Assembly (NCBI RefSeq): GCF_037042905.1
Contig: NC_087252.1
Location: 4,960,001 to 5,024,000 of the forward strand
Direction: 5' to 3'
Source: Lytechinus pictus
Lineage: Eukaryota
DNA length: 64,000 nt
In this document: piece after piece, positions 30,568-41,700 of the stretch
How the letters are laid out: the number at the start of each line of letters is the position of its first letter
How positions within the stretch are numbered: position 1 is the first letter of the stretch
Notes under the pieces: model-generated
Told to the model about the DNA's origin: nothing
Databases searched by the model: none
Seen by the model: the letters and a program-made list of their open reading frames with translations, nothing else
Translations under genes and position numbers: made by a program

Positions 30568-32507
30568 TCGAACTTTGACCTCTTAGGCAATGCTGAACCT
30601 TGAACTTTGCCATGGTTGAGTTTGACCTTTAATGCAGCTATGAACTCTTACCTTTGATGCCGTCGGATGCCATGGTGAAGGTTGACCTTTGATGCCATGG
30701 TGAACTGAACTGTGACCTTTGTCATCTTGAACTTTGACCTTTGGTGCCACTTTGTCCTACAATGCCATGGTGAAGCTTGAACTTTGCCCATGTTCAGAAC
30801 AAATCGCATCTACACTCATAATAGCTGGAACTCTATTCCAATTATACAGATGAACAGGTGTAAGTTTGTATTCCTACTTGACGTTGTATCGGTACTAGAA
30901 TCCAGTTTCTGATGTAAGAGAACTACTGGATCAATAAACCCACCGTCAATTTCATTAGAGAAAAGGTCCATCAATTCATCTCACTTCTCAGGAAATTCTG
31001 TACATTAGTATATCACTGAACGCAAACTGATGTAATTTCAGCTTCTTCAACATTTGTAATGGAACTAGGACACAGCTTTCAATGTTAGAGAATTGCCAGA
31101 AATTGCAGTTATTTCCTCTGAGGAAAGTTCCAGCGTTTCATCTACCCTTTCTAGAAAATAATTGATCCTGCATTTCATTGTTATAATGGAAATAACCAAT
31201 GAAATGTCAGTTTCTTCCCCACCTTGTATGAGAGATAAAAGAAGTCAGTTTCTTAGAATTATATTTATGCTGCTGTTATTTTCAAGAGGATAGGTCATTG
31301 ATATATCCAACTTCTGAGGATAAAAAATCAATTTGTATTGGTATATTTGTGTACTTCTTTGTTTTTCTGGGTGACGATTGGTGCATATGGGGTTCCATAA
31401 ATGCATTTATTTTTGCCAAATATTTGTTTGTTTGTTTTTCTTTCGGAAAGGATAATTGTTTGTAAATTGTGTCTTGGTGTTGGTAAAAACTCTGACTTTT
31501 CTATGTTGAAAGGAAAGTAACAAATACATGAAAACAATGAGGAAAAAAACCTTTTGAAGGCTTCTGAAACTTTACATCAGCAAGGCCATGTGTTTGCTGT
31601 TAATATGCTTTAAAGTTACTTTATGTCCATTGTCTCATTTCCTGTGAGTATAGTTATTTTAGCTGTAAAATTTTGATAAGAGTTTTGTAAGTACCCTGAT
31701 GTACAGGGTCCTAATGTGCCAAATATACATAATAAATGTTCTTAATTGTTCATATGTATGTTTACATTTGAGATAACAATGTAATGCCCCGTCTTATGTG
31801 GCGAATGGCTGCTTATTTTGTGTGAGCAATGGAAGAATCAAGGAGATTGCTTTTACTGCTTGTTGGCTACTAAGATCATCACATTTGATATTTACATCCC
31901 AAAATCATTAAGTGCTTTATCAAACAAGAAACAGAAATTTGTATTAATGTCTATATTTGTTTGGAACTGTAAAATTCTATGATGTATTTGTCAACAAAGC
32001 ACAAAATCACTTGGACCCTGAACTGCAATAAAATTTTCATATGTAATGATGCTGCAAATAGATTGTCAAGATACTCTGAAGAATCAGGGTTCCCTTTGCA
32101 CCAAGCTTAGCAATCGTGGAACATTTTTTTACGATTGATTGCATAGACTACAATGTACAATCAATCATGAAAATCAAGCGTACAATTAATCGCTAACCTT
32201 TGTTTCACTGGACCCAGGTGTTGATGGGGAATTTTCCTCTATCAGGAAGATACCCACTAGGAACAGGGTGTTGTCAATCGCCCAGGGTAGATCAAAGTCT
32301 AATGACCAATAGATGTAGTGCCTCTCGTGAGAGTCGGATTTCATGGGGGATCTGACATATGAATATGAAAATACCCATGCATTCAAGTGGGTTTGGCCAA
32401 TCGCCCAGGGTAGATTCAAGTTTAATGACCAATAGATGTATTGCAGTGCCTCTCTGGAGAGTCAGATTTCATGGGGAATTGGTCACTTCCAGGAAGATAC
32501 AGATCGA

Positions 32508-32815
32508 GGCACATATTCTGATCTCAGGTTCAACTGACACTGTGGTTTAACTCTGCTAAAATTATGGGAAGCCAAATATATCAAAATTTGTTCACAGGGT
32601 ATGTTTCATAAGTTAACTGTGCTCTTTCCTAATTCTTTAATGGTGAAGACAATTATCTTATTCATCCTTCCCAGACAGTTAAGAATGATTTGAGAGTCAA
32701 TGAGCTGGTACATTCATCCTATACTGTTTGAGATTTATGTCTTAATTGGCTATCCATAGTTAAACCACAACTTTAGACCAGAGTTTGAATTAAGTCCGAC
32801 TTCAGAATACGGGCC
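32508..32815. mobile_element. ~300-bp MITE family, copy 4
   Basis: Ends TTCAGAATACGGGCC; body is an inverted homolog of 18713-19020. Confidence 0.8.
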
Positions 32816-34318
32816 CGAGTAAACATTTTGGCACTCTGAAAAAAAGGAATTTGCCAAGCAGAATTCTGAAAAATGCCTTATTCAGTATTATAATCTAGAC
32901 TTCGTTATAATATACTATAGTTAGAGACAGTAGTTCATTCCTGTATTCGTTTAACAGTAGTACTAATTCATTAGTAGTTACCAGGTACCTGAATGCTCTT
33001 TAATGTAGACTGGTTTACCAACATGATGTCTTTGATCTCTTTATGCAAGTAGAATAAACCCACATCTACATTTTGATATAGGCATTGAACTATATAAAAC
33101 TCTGTCTTTTGAAGCTGAACAACAGCATTGTCAAAATTCTGCAAGTTTCAGCGATTAGGTGGTTTCACATTGTCATGTTGATGTCTGTATGAAATGCACA
33201 TTTTCTGGTGTTGTATGGGAATAGAAGACATTTGTTGTAAGAAAAGCATAATTGGGGGGGTGTTTCTTAAAGAGTTAAGTGTGACCAAGAGTCGCACTTA
33301 AGTATCGACATATATATGATATGACCTCAAAGGGTTTTCATGGTGGAGAGAACAATGGAAGTTTTGCTGTAAAGACCATGTATGTAGTCCTGTATATGAT
33401 ATACAATGAGCAACAGTAGTGCGCATCCTCTTGACATGATATGACCAATGTGGTCATGCCTTTTGTAATGCACACAACTCTGCATTTTATTGCGATTGTA
33501 AGTCATACTTAAATCTTTGTGAAACACCCCCTGCTTTGTAAACATGTTGATAATTGCACAAATCACTTAGTCTTATAAGACTTGGCTGCAAATATAAATT
33601 TATTTTGTCACTTAAATCTTTGTCATCTCTCCAGTGGATCTTTTGTCCTTTGTAAGCGTTTTCTCTTAGTTATCCGTGAATACTACATATGCAGCAGAGG
33701 GTCCAGGATTTTATAAAAGAGAGGGCGCATATTAACATTTTCTTCAATTTTTCTGTATTTATTTGTATGTTGAATGGATGATTGTAAAATATAGAGGGAG
33801 CTTGCGGCCCCTGAGCCCCCTCCTGCATCTGCCACTGCAAATGCACCTCATTCAGCTGTTCGGAGGTGTTGGTCGTTCAAATTCTCCTTGTTTTCTCATA
33901 CTATCCCAAGAGGCTTTCAACAGAGAGAAACAAATTTGGGGTTAAATGCATTTTAAGTGTATGTTTAAAAGATGATTCTAAAAATATATTTGTTGACCTT
34001 TCGTAATTGAATCTTAGGCATTATTTACGATCAGAAAATGCAAAACGTGCCTAAATTGAGCAGATTTTTGTTGCCCTGAGAGATTCAAATTACATAGGAT
34101 TACCTGTTTCTACCACCATCTGCAAAAGTTTAACACCTGAAAGTTTGTGTGTATAGCACATAGTTGTAATATACTGTAATGGTTACATTGAAACTGACCT
34201 ATATATTATCTATTAGTGTTTATTCTGTGTTTGATTTGAATGTTTAAAAGTAAATTAGTTTATAGAAATTGTCCAATAGCTTGACTAATCCTTTTGTTTA
34301 AAAAAATGTGCTGTTGAA

Positions 34319-34590
34319 GTGGAGCGTTGTGGCCCAGTGGATTAGTCTCCTGACTTTGAAACAGAGGGTCGTGGGTTCGAATCCCAGCCATGGCGTAATT
34401 TCCTTCAGCAAGAAACTGATCCACAATGTGCTGCACTCAACCCAGGTGAGGTAAATGGGTACCGGTAGGAAGTAATTCCTCAAGAAGCTGTGTGCGCTGT
34501 GAACGCCTAGCTTAGCCGGGTAATATAGGAGCGCCTTGAGCACCTAACAAGGTGGATATGTGCGCAATATAAATACCTATATTATTAAGT
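34319..34590 (+). mobile_element. tRNA-derived SINE
   Basis: A box GTGGCCCAGTGG, B box GGTTCGAATCC, core CTGCACTCAACCCAGGTGAGGTAAATGGGTAC, TAT-rich tail. Confidence 0.85.
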
Positions 34591-35730
34591 AAAAATTCTT
34601 CTGAAAACAAAGTGATTAGTCAAACTACTTGACAATTTGAACTAATTTGAACTAACACCAACAAATTATATTAGACCCGTTTAAATGAAACTTACAATTT
34701 ATCACAATTACATACTATACACATCACTCGGGTGGTCTTAAACTTTTGCAAGTGGTGGTAATACTGTACCTTTCACACTTGATTAATTTTTTCTTTTTAA
34801 TCGCTTCATATCAAATTTACACGAGATTAGCATCAAAGTGGTAAGATAATGATTAATAGAAATAAGAAATTTCAGTTTAATATTGGTCACAGGTATGATG
34901 TACAAGATGTGGGTCAAATAATTACATTATATAATTTTTTTTATTTTTTTATGTCATGTATATAGAATTCATTCATAAAAACAAAATTCATATACAGAAA
35001 AATTGATCATGTGACCCATACAATACATATAATTGTTCCTTGATGAAATACAAGTGAATACAATGCCCCTAATCAATGTTAAATGAGCTGCATTCATCTT
35101 GCAATAGAAACATTAACAAAAATAACAAAGGTGTTCCAGGTAGTTCATGACTATAATCTCCACTTGAATTGTCAATCTGAATTTTTACTCGATTTTACAA
35201 AAAGAAATACATACATCCAGGAAACATTTTCAAAATGAAAGAATTGGTATCTGATAATCTGAATAGGTGCCTAAGGCCCGTATTCTGAACTCTAGTTAAT
35301 TGGTCGATCCAAAGCTCCTTAGCTGGTCCTTTTACAAAGTTCACATGATAGAGCAATACAATAGTCGGTAGATTCCTGTTCCTTTCTCAACTCTGATTCA
35401 TCACTATCTGTGTCACAATGGATAATCAAAACTTGTTGACTTGTTCTTTTATAAAGGATCTGGCCATAGCTCTTGATTCTAGCAAACAGGTCCTAAGAAG
35501 CATCCCTGTGGCACTCCATCTTTGGAAAGCACTTCCTAATTAAGTTGTTTCAAGCGCCCTCTAATAGCTCTCTGTAAAGTTTCAACAGAGATGTGTTTAA
35601 GAAATCCCAACTCTATTAAAATACAGGCATGTTTCTGGTGCACATGTCTTGTAAACACTTGATGAAGCTGAACGTATTGCCTCAACAGTCCTGAACTTGT
35701 ACATCATTACAAAGATGTGCAGGCTCTTTT

Positions 35731-36231
35731 TTAAGGAGAGGATGGCGGATGCAAAAATGGATGATGATCACACTTTATCTGATTGCTATTTTCTTTGATT
35801 TTGGCGGCAGCACGCTTCTTAACCTTACGTTTAGGGAGGAGTATAGCCGGCAGTTTTTGTGGGTATACACCTCCTTGGGCAATGGTCACCCCACGGAATG
35901 TTTCAGAAATCTCGTAATCATTGCCCACGGCCTGCCTCAGATGATACGGATTGATCCTCTTCTTCGGCTTTGGCGCCATGCCCCAATCCAGGAAACAATA
36001 CATACAGCTCATGTCGCGTTCGTTGTCGGCCAACGTGAGTAATTCTTCCACCAGATATTGCAGAACACCGGCGAGGAAGACCGGCGCCGCAGCGCTGATA
36101 CGGGAGGCGTAGCGTCCTTTTCGAAGATGACGATGAACGCGTCCAACTGGAAACGTCAATCCTGCTCGGGCCGAACGACTCTCGGCCTTTCGTCGAACTT
36201 TGCCGCCTTTATCTGGATCACGCCCAGACAT
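35731..36231 (-). CDS. Divergent histone H2A variant, copy B (166 aa)
   Basis: Open [45 protein letters not shown]-terminal half nearly identical to copy A. Could be a young pseudogene. Confidence 0.7.
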   Translation of the reverse strand: MSGRDPDKGGKVRRKAESRSARAGLTFPVGRVHRHLRKGRYASRISAAAPVFLAGVLQYLVEELLTLADNERDMSCMYCFLDWGMAPKPKKRINPYHLRQAVGNDYEISETFRGVTIAQGGVYPQKLPAILLPKRKVKKRAAAKIKENSNQIKCDHHPFLHPPSSP

Positions 36232-36279
36232 TTCACTTGAGATGAGCTTTTAAACCATAGATAGATAGACAATAGTCTC

Positions 36280-36723
36280 CTACTTTTGGCTGGTCTTTCC
36301 CGCTTTTTTTCCAGCAGCACTTCGCCTCCTCTTGCGTTTTGGGAGGAGTAGTGCGGGAATCTTCTGGGGATGATTAACCCCTCCCTGAGAAATGGTGACT
36401 CCCTGGAAGATCTTTGATATTTCGTCGTCGTCAAGGACAGCAAGCTGCAAGAGATGTGGTGTTATGCGCTTCCTTGGGTTATTACTTGATCGACCAATAC
36501 TGAGATATGTACTAAAACCGGATATTTGGAGGAGTTCTGTGACCAAGTACTCGAGCACGCCGGCGAGAAATACCGGCGCTGCAGCGCTGATACAGGAGGC
36601 GTAGCGTCCTTTACGAAGGTGACGATGAACACGTCCCACTGGAAACGTCAATCCTGCTCGGGCCGAACGACTCTCGGTCTTACGTCGAACTTTCCCGCCT
36701 TTTACCAGATCATGCTCAGACAT
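36280..36723 (-). CDS. Divergent histone H2A variant, copy A (147 aa), probably H2A.X-derived
   Basis: Open ATG-to-stop ORF with [46 protein letters not shown]. The tail SAAGKKAGKTSQK aligns to H2[22 protein letters not shown] on minus at 36823-36817. Expression unknown. Confidence 0.75.
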   Translation of the reverse strand: MSEHDLVKGGKVRRKTESRSARAGLTFPVGRVHRHLRKGRYASCISAAAPVFLAGVLEYLVTELLQISGFSTYLSIGRSSNNPRKRITPHLLQLAVLDDDEISKIFQGVTISQGGVNHPQKIPALLLPKRKRRRSAAGKKAGKTSQK

Positions 36724-38751
36724 TGCTCCTCAAGAATTAGCTCTCGAACTACCATTGTATCAAATCAAGGAGCTTCAAGCTCCTTGGTCAAATTGAGCCA
36801 TTGCGAATATTGTAAATTTTATATGCGTCCGCCAGCGGTATTAAAATAAAAACGTAAATTAATTATTATGCTGTGCAGATTATGCGAGCGAATCCATTAA
36901 CATGATTAAGGCACAGCCAGCACGGTGCACGTTATCAAATCTCCATTACTTTCAAATAAGGAAAGGTTTTATTTTGTGTGTGCATTATACCATACAAATA
37001 TTGACTGCATACTATCCGCAATGATTCTTCCATGGAGCTATATTACAGATGATTCTACATGTATGAATGCATCCATTGTAAAATAAAGTGCACTTTGATC
37101 ATAATACAGTAACAGGAAGCCTTGGATAGTTTATTGATCGCGGAGAGAGACTGATCGCTCGTAGTCATTTTGGCATTTTTTAGTATTGTATGCCACGAGG
37201 CTGGGACTAATAGCAGTCGTAAGAATGTCCTTTCGGGCCTCATGAAAACTCGGATACTAGTAATATTCAAATTTAATTTCAGACTGCGCATTATAATGTC
37301 GAGGTATATGGGTATAATCAAAATAGGCCTATACCTGTTCCCCGAATATTCAATTTTGATTTATGCAAGTGCAATTCAAAGAAAATATAGATATTCTCTC
37401 ACGACTCCAAACGTTTTCGACGATATTCAAAATCTTGAATGTGCGCACCAGAAATATTTTTTGTTGGATGATGACCAAAATGGAAAACGGGATTTGGGTG
37501 TTTGTGGGTCCTTCTTGACAATTAAGAAGTCAGAACTACATCATGTAAACACCGGCCCCCGGGGGAAACATACGGTAGCTCAGTGGTCCAAGTAATTTGG
37601 ATGTTGGTTACAGGTCTGGTAAATGGCTTTCAATATAGTTAACAAACCTGCATAGAAAGGTACTCCTACCAAAAGGAAAGTTAATTACCAAAAGGAAAAT
37701 AAATGATGGCCTGTATGATTTTTCAACAGACCTAGTTTAACAATTAACATTCTACCAACTCTTTTTTCATATTAGGAGCGGGTCGGTAGTTTAACAGACA
37801 TTCCCATTTAGGCCTATATGGGTGATTCCATACGTGTCGTACGGGACATTTAGAGAACATTAACAGTTTTTCGACAAGAAAAACAAAAAATATTCCAGTA
37901 ACTAAAGGTGATCATCAAGAACTGCCAAGGTGTTAGGAAAACCAAGACTTAACATGACTTGAATTCACATCCTGTATAATACAGATTTAAAATAGTAATG
38001 TGTCGTACGGGACGCAGAAAAAGTTGCTTTTTTGGAAACCTCAAGTGTGTCCTCTAAAGTCTGTGAGTTGGACAGATAATTTTCATAAAAACTGAACTCA
38101 AATTGATATTTAATTACTCAAGAACAAATACTTTTATGAATAAAAGCAGAATAAACATTCATGAATAAATAAAGCAAATTACAATTTTCGAGAACATTGT
38201 GGCGTATATACGGATCGACACTCAAAATGTGTCGTATATACGGACATCTCTAAATTGAAGCCAAACTTGTTCAATCACTTTATTTGGCTGATAATAATGA
38301 TAATCTTATCAAAGTAAAGACATTTATTACGTTAGAAACCGCTATTGGCTGAATAGTGCTGTAAATATATCATAAACAAAATATATGTGTTGTACAGGCA
38401 CTTGCGTGTTGTACTGGGCAGCCTTTATAAAACAATGAACCTTTTATCAATCAGATAGGGAGCATTACCCCTAAATTCTTCCTTTTTTAATGAAAAGCCT
38501 TAAGTTATCATTCGGGACAATATAATTAAGTAACCTCATTCTATCTGTTGTATATACAATTGGGAGCAATATATCATCATTTTTTTTCATGATGGAGAAA
38601 TGTACAATGGTTTTTTTTTAAGAGCTAAAAAACTTGAGGTTTTGTGTGAAGTAAAATGGTGAATTAAGTAATGATTTCCATTACACTATACAATGAATGA
38701 TACTGTGTTTGTGTAAATTATGGGGGGAAATGTTAGGATTTTTCATATACA

Positions 38752-41700
38752 CACTCACAGAAATATTGCCAATGTTAAGTAAAAAAATAGCATGTAAGAA
38801 TAAATTATACACAATCTATGTAAGATCTGGTAAAAAATGTCTACTTTGCCAGTTTGTAAGCATTTAAAATACATATGTGAATTGTAAAAAGGGTATTTAA
38901 CCTCGTTTGGGTAAATATTACATAGTAATGGAGTCCAAAATGCATGATGATTGGGAAAAGTTTTTCCACATCCGTGTTATGCGAAATGGCGATTGTGATT
39001 TATTATTTTTTTTTACACAATGGTGTTTTGTATATGAGCGAAATACACGGCGATTGTGAACTTAGATTTTTTACATATCGTGTTTTGTTTTATTGATATG
39101 CGAAATACACGGCGATTGTGTATTTAGTTTTTCTACATAATTGTGTTGTGTTTTATTGACACGTGCGCGCAGTGTAAAATTCAGAAGTTCTTAATTTTGA
39201 AGTACAAAATACCGTACTCTGGCAACATGGCGTACGTCGAAACGGTGCTGCGAGGATGGGGGCTTGGGGATTATGTGGACAAATTTGAAGGTAAGAATAG
39301 AAACTTCTTTTTTATTTCATGAACAAATGATTGATGCTAGTTATAGCTCTTGCAGAGGTAAATTATATGCATGTACGTGAATGTGGTGACTTAAAATTTA
39401 ATGACTTTAGCCACAGATCAGTGTAGTGTTCTGTCGTGTTCGGTCGTTGCGTCGCGTTGATGACCAACCGCGAACCTTCGCCCCGCTTGCTTTATTTGCA
39501 GCGCGGTTGTAAATTAGTGGTCGCTCTTAATTTGCATCACCCGAACACTAAAGTTTTATATGAGTCCAGGCATTGCAATAAAGATAAATCTGCAGATCTG
39601 AGGACAAGATTCATTTTCTTTAGATAATCAATGATGAACAGATAAATTTCACATATCAAAGAAAGTGAATAGGACGCGGACGTAGGCCTATACAGCGTCA
39701 CTCGCATTGCTCCCCGGGCTATTACTAAACACTCGGGTCGCGTCCCCGCGCCGCGGCCCGTCGCGTCTCGCTGAGCCAATTTTTTTGCAATGGTGTCTTC
39801 AAATCGGCAAACACCATGGGGAAAATAAATTTTTAAGTTATCGGCTGTTTTTAACCAGTTTCAGTGGTGTTCTCAAAGGGGGTGCGAGAGAAAATTTACT
39901 TTAAAATTTAATTTACTTAAAAGAAAAATATTAAATGAAAGGAAAATAAGTCAAGAATTGTAAATATTTTTTGTAAAGACTGACAAAATTATTAGAATGA
40001 AGTGAATAACACTCAATAGAATAAGTCTCTGAACTCTTCAAGCTAATGCTGTAAAAATGAGAAAGAAAGGGTGAGTGTGATGAAACCAGATTTTTTGCTT
40101 AAGGTCTTAAGGGGGGGGGGGGGAGTGTCAAATTGACACACCCACCCCCCCCCCCCCCCCAGTAATCTCAAGCACTGAAAATGCCCAGTTAGAATAGGGT
40201 TAAATAGAAGTGTCTTTGAAATAAATCTGGGGAAAGAGACTGATTTTTTGATATGTTAACAATTAATGAGATGTTTTTTAACGATTTTGTTACTGTTTTT
40301 TTTATTTCTTTATATTCAGAGCAAAATAACAATCTAGCCTTTGGCTTGTTACCAGTACTATTTCCAGGTAGAAGAAAGGGGAAAGGGGGCAGATATTCAA
40401 CCCGGGAAGCACAACTAGGATTCATAGATGTCCAAAATGTAAGTTGGGTCAGCTTGCTTTTTTTTAAATTGTAATGCTGTTTGGTCCTGTTAGTTAGCAT
40501 GTTATAAAGTGTGTATCTTATAGTGGAGATTCTAGATACAACAGAGGCTCAATTCTGTTGCAGCTTAGGAGAAATCTCTAATTTTGCGAGAGACATTTGT
40601 ATTGTATGTATGATTCTGATCTGGTTACCCACACTGTTTAATGCAAATTCCATGAAAATAAATTTTGATTTTCATAACCACTCTCACAAGAATTGATTTT
40701 GTGATTCTCGTAAATTGAACATTTCTTTATGTGCAATTACCCGGTAAAAACACTTAGACAGTGTGCAGCTTTCCCCCTCCCCCCCAAACTTAGACAGAAT
40801 CAGGAACATGAATCACGAACCCATAAAAATGGCTTGTGTTCAATCAAAAAAGTCCCAACTTCCTGATTTGTTCTAGACATGAATAATACATTTATAAATC
40901 GACATAGTTTATTCTTCACATCGAGCAAATGTCATTTCTTTCAGCGAAGAGGACTACGTGTAGTGCAAGTTCCTGATCAAGAATGGATAAAATATGCTTG
41001 AACTTGAACATGTTTTGTTTCGGGAAAATAGCCACCTCATGTCATGTGACCAGCCAATGGTCAGGGTCAGTAACTCTTGGTCAACGGTGTGTTCCATGAA
41101 TTTTTATTCGGATTTTTATTTTTTTTCATTTGAAGATCTGTACTTAAGGTAATCCTGGCTTGAATTATCTATCAAAATTATATTTCCTGCCAATCCAGTT
41201 CTGAACCTCTTTTGCATGAATATTTTTCTCTTTTTCTCTCATTCTTCTGTTCAGGAAAACCTTGCACTAGACAAGTTCCTGGAAGATATTGTACCTGAAA
41301 GTCGACCTCAACCGTTCATACTAGTCATTGGGTCTCTCCTTAAACCAGTGCAAATTTTCATCATTGTGGAAAGGCGGGCATTGGAACAAAGTAGCTTAAT
41401 GAAAGCCGTAGATACATGCTATAAAGCAGTGTATGTCCTGGATCTAGAATACCAGCCTCAGTGTTGTGGTGCGTGGGAGTTCCTACAAACATACATTTAT
41501 GAGATGAAAGGAGCTGTAAAATGCAGTGCGATCAGGGAGTTCAGAATCTTCGAGACAGCCTATGAGTCAATAATGAATACCAACATCTAACTGTCCTCAT
41601 GTGAGCTAGCAAGTTTATTGCCTTTCCAGATACTTTTGCTTAAGAGAAGTTCCTGTGTTGATAAATGTTTTGTTAAACTTTCTCTTTTTTTTGGAGGGGG

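Noticed and set aside
34319-34395. tRNA gene
   Set aside because: The tRNA-like head continues into a SINE core and tail, with a second copy at 60655-60905.
35488-35517. Minus-strand GVPQGCFLGP resembling a LINE reverse transcriptase motif
   Set aside because: Isolated 10-codon match near stop codons, with no other RT motifs recognisable.
35731-36723. Stop read-through fusing the two H2A ORFs into a histone doublet
   Set aside because: The 48-nt spacer is in frame but contains a second stop (TAA) ten codons after the TAG.
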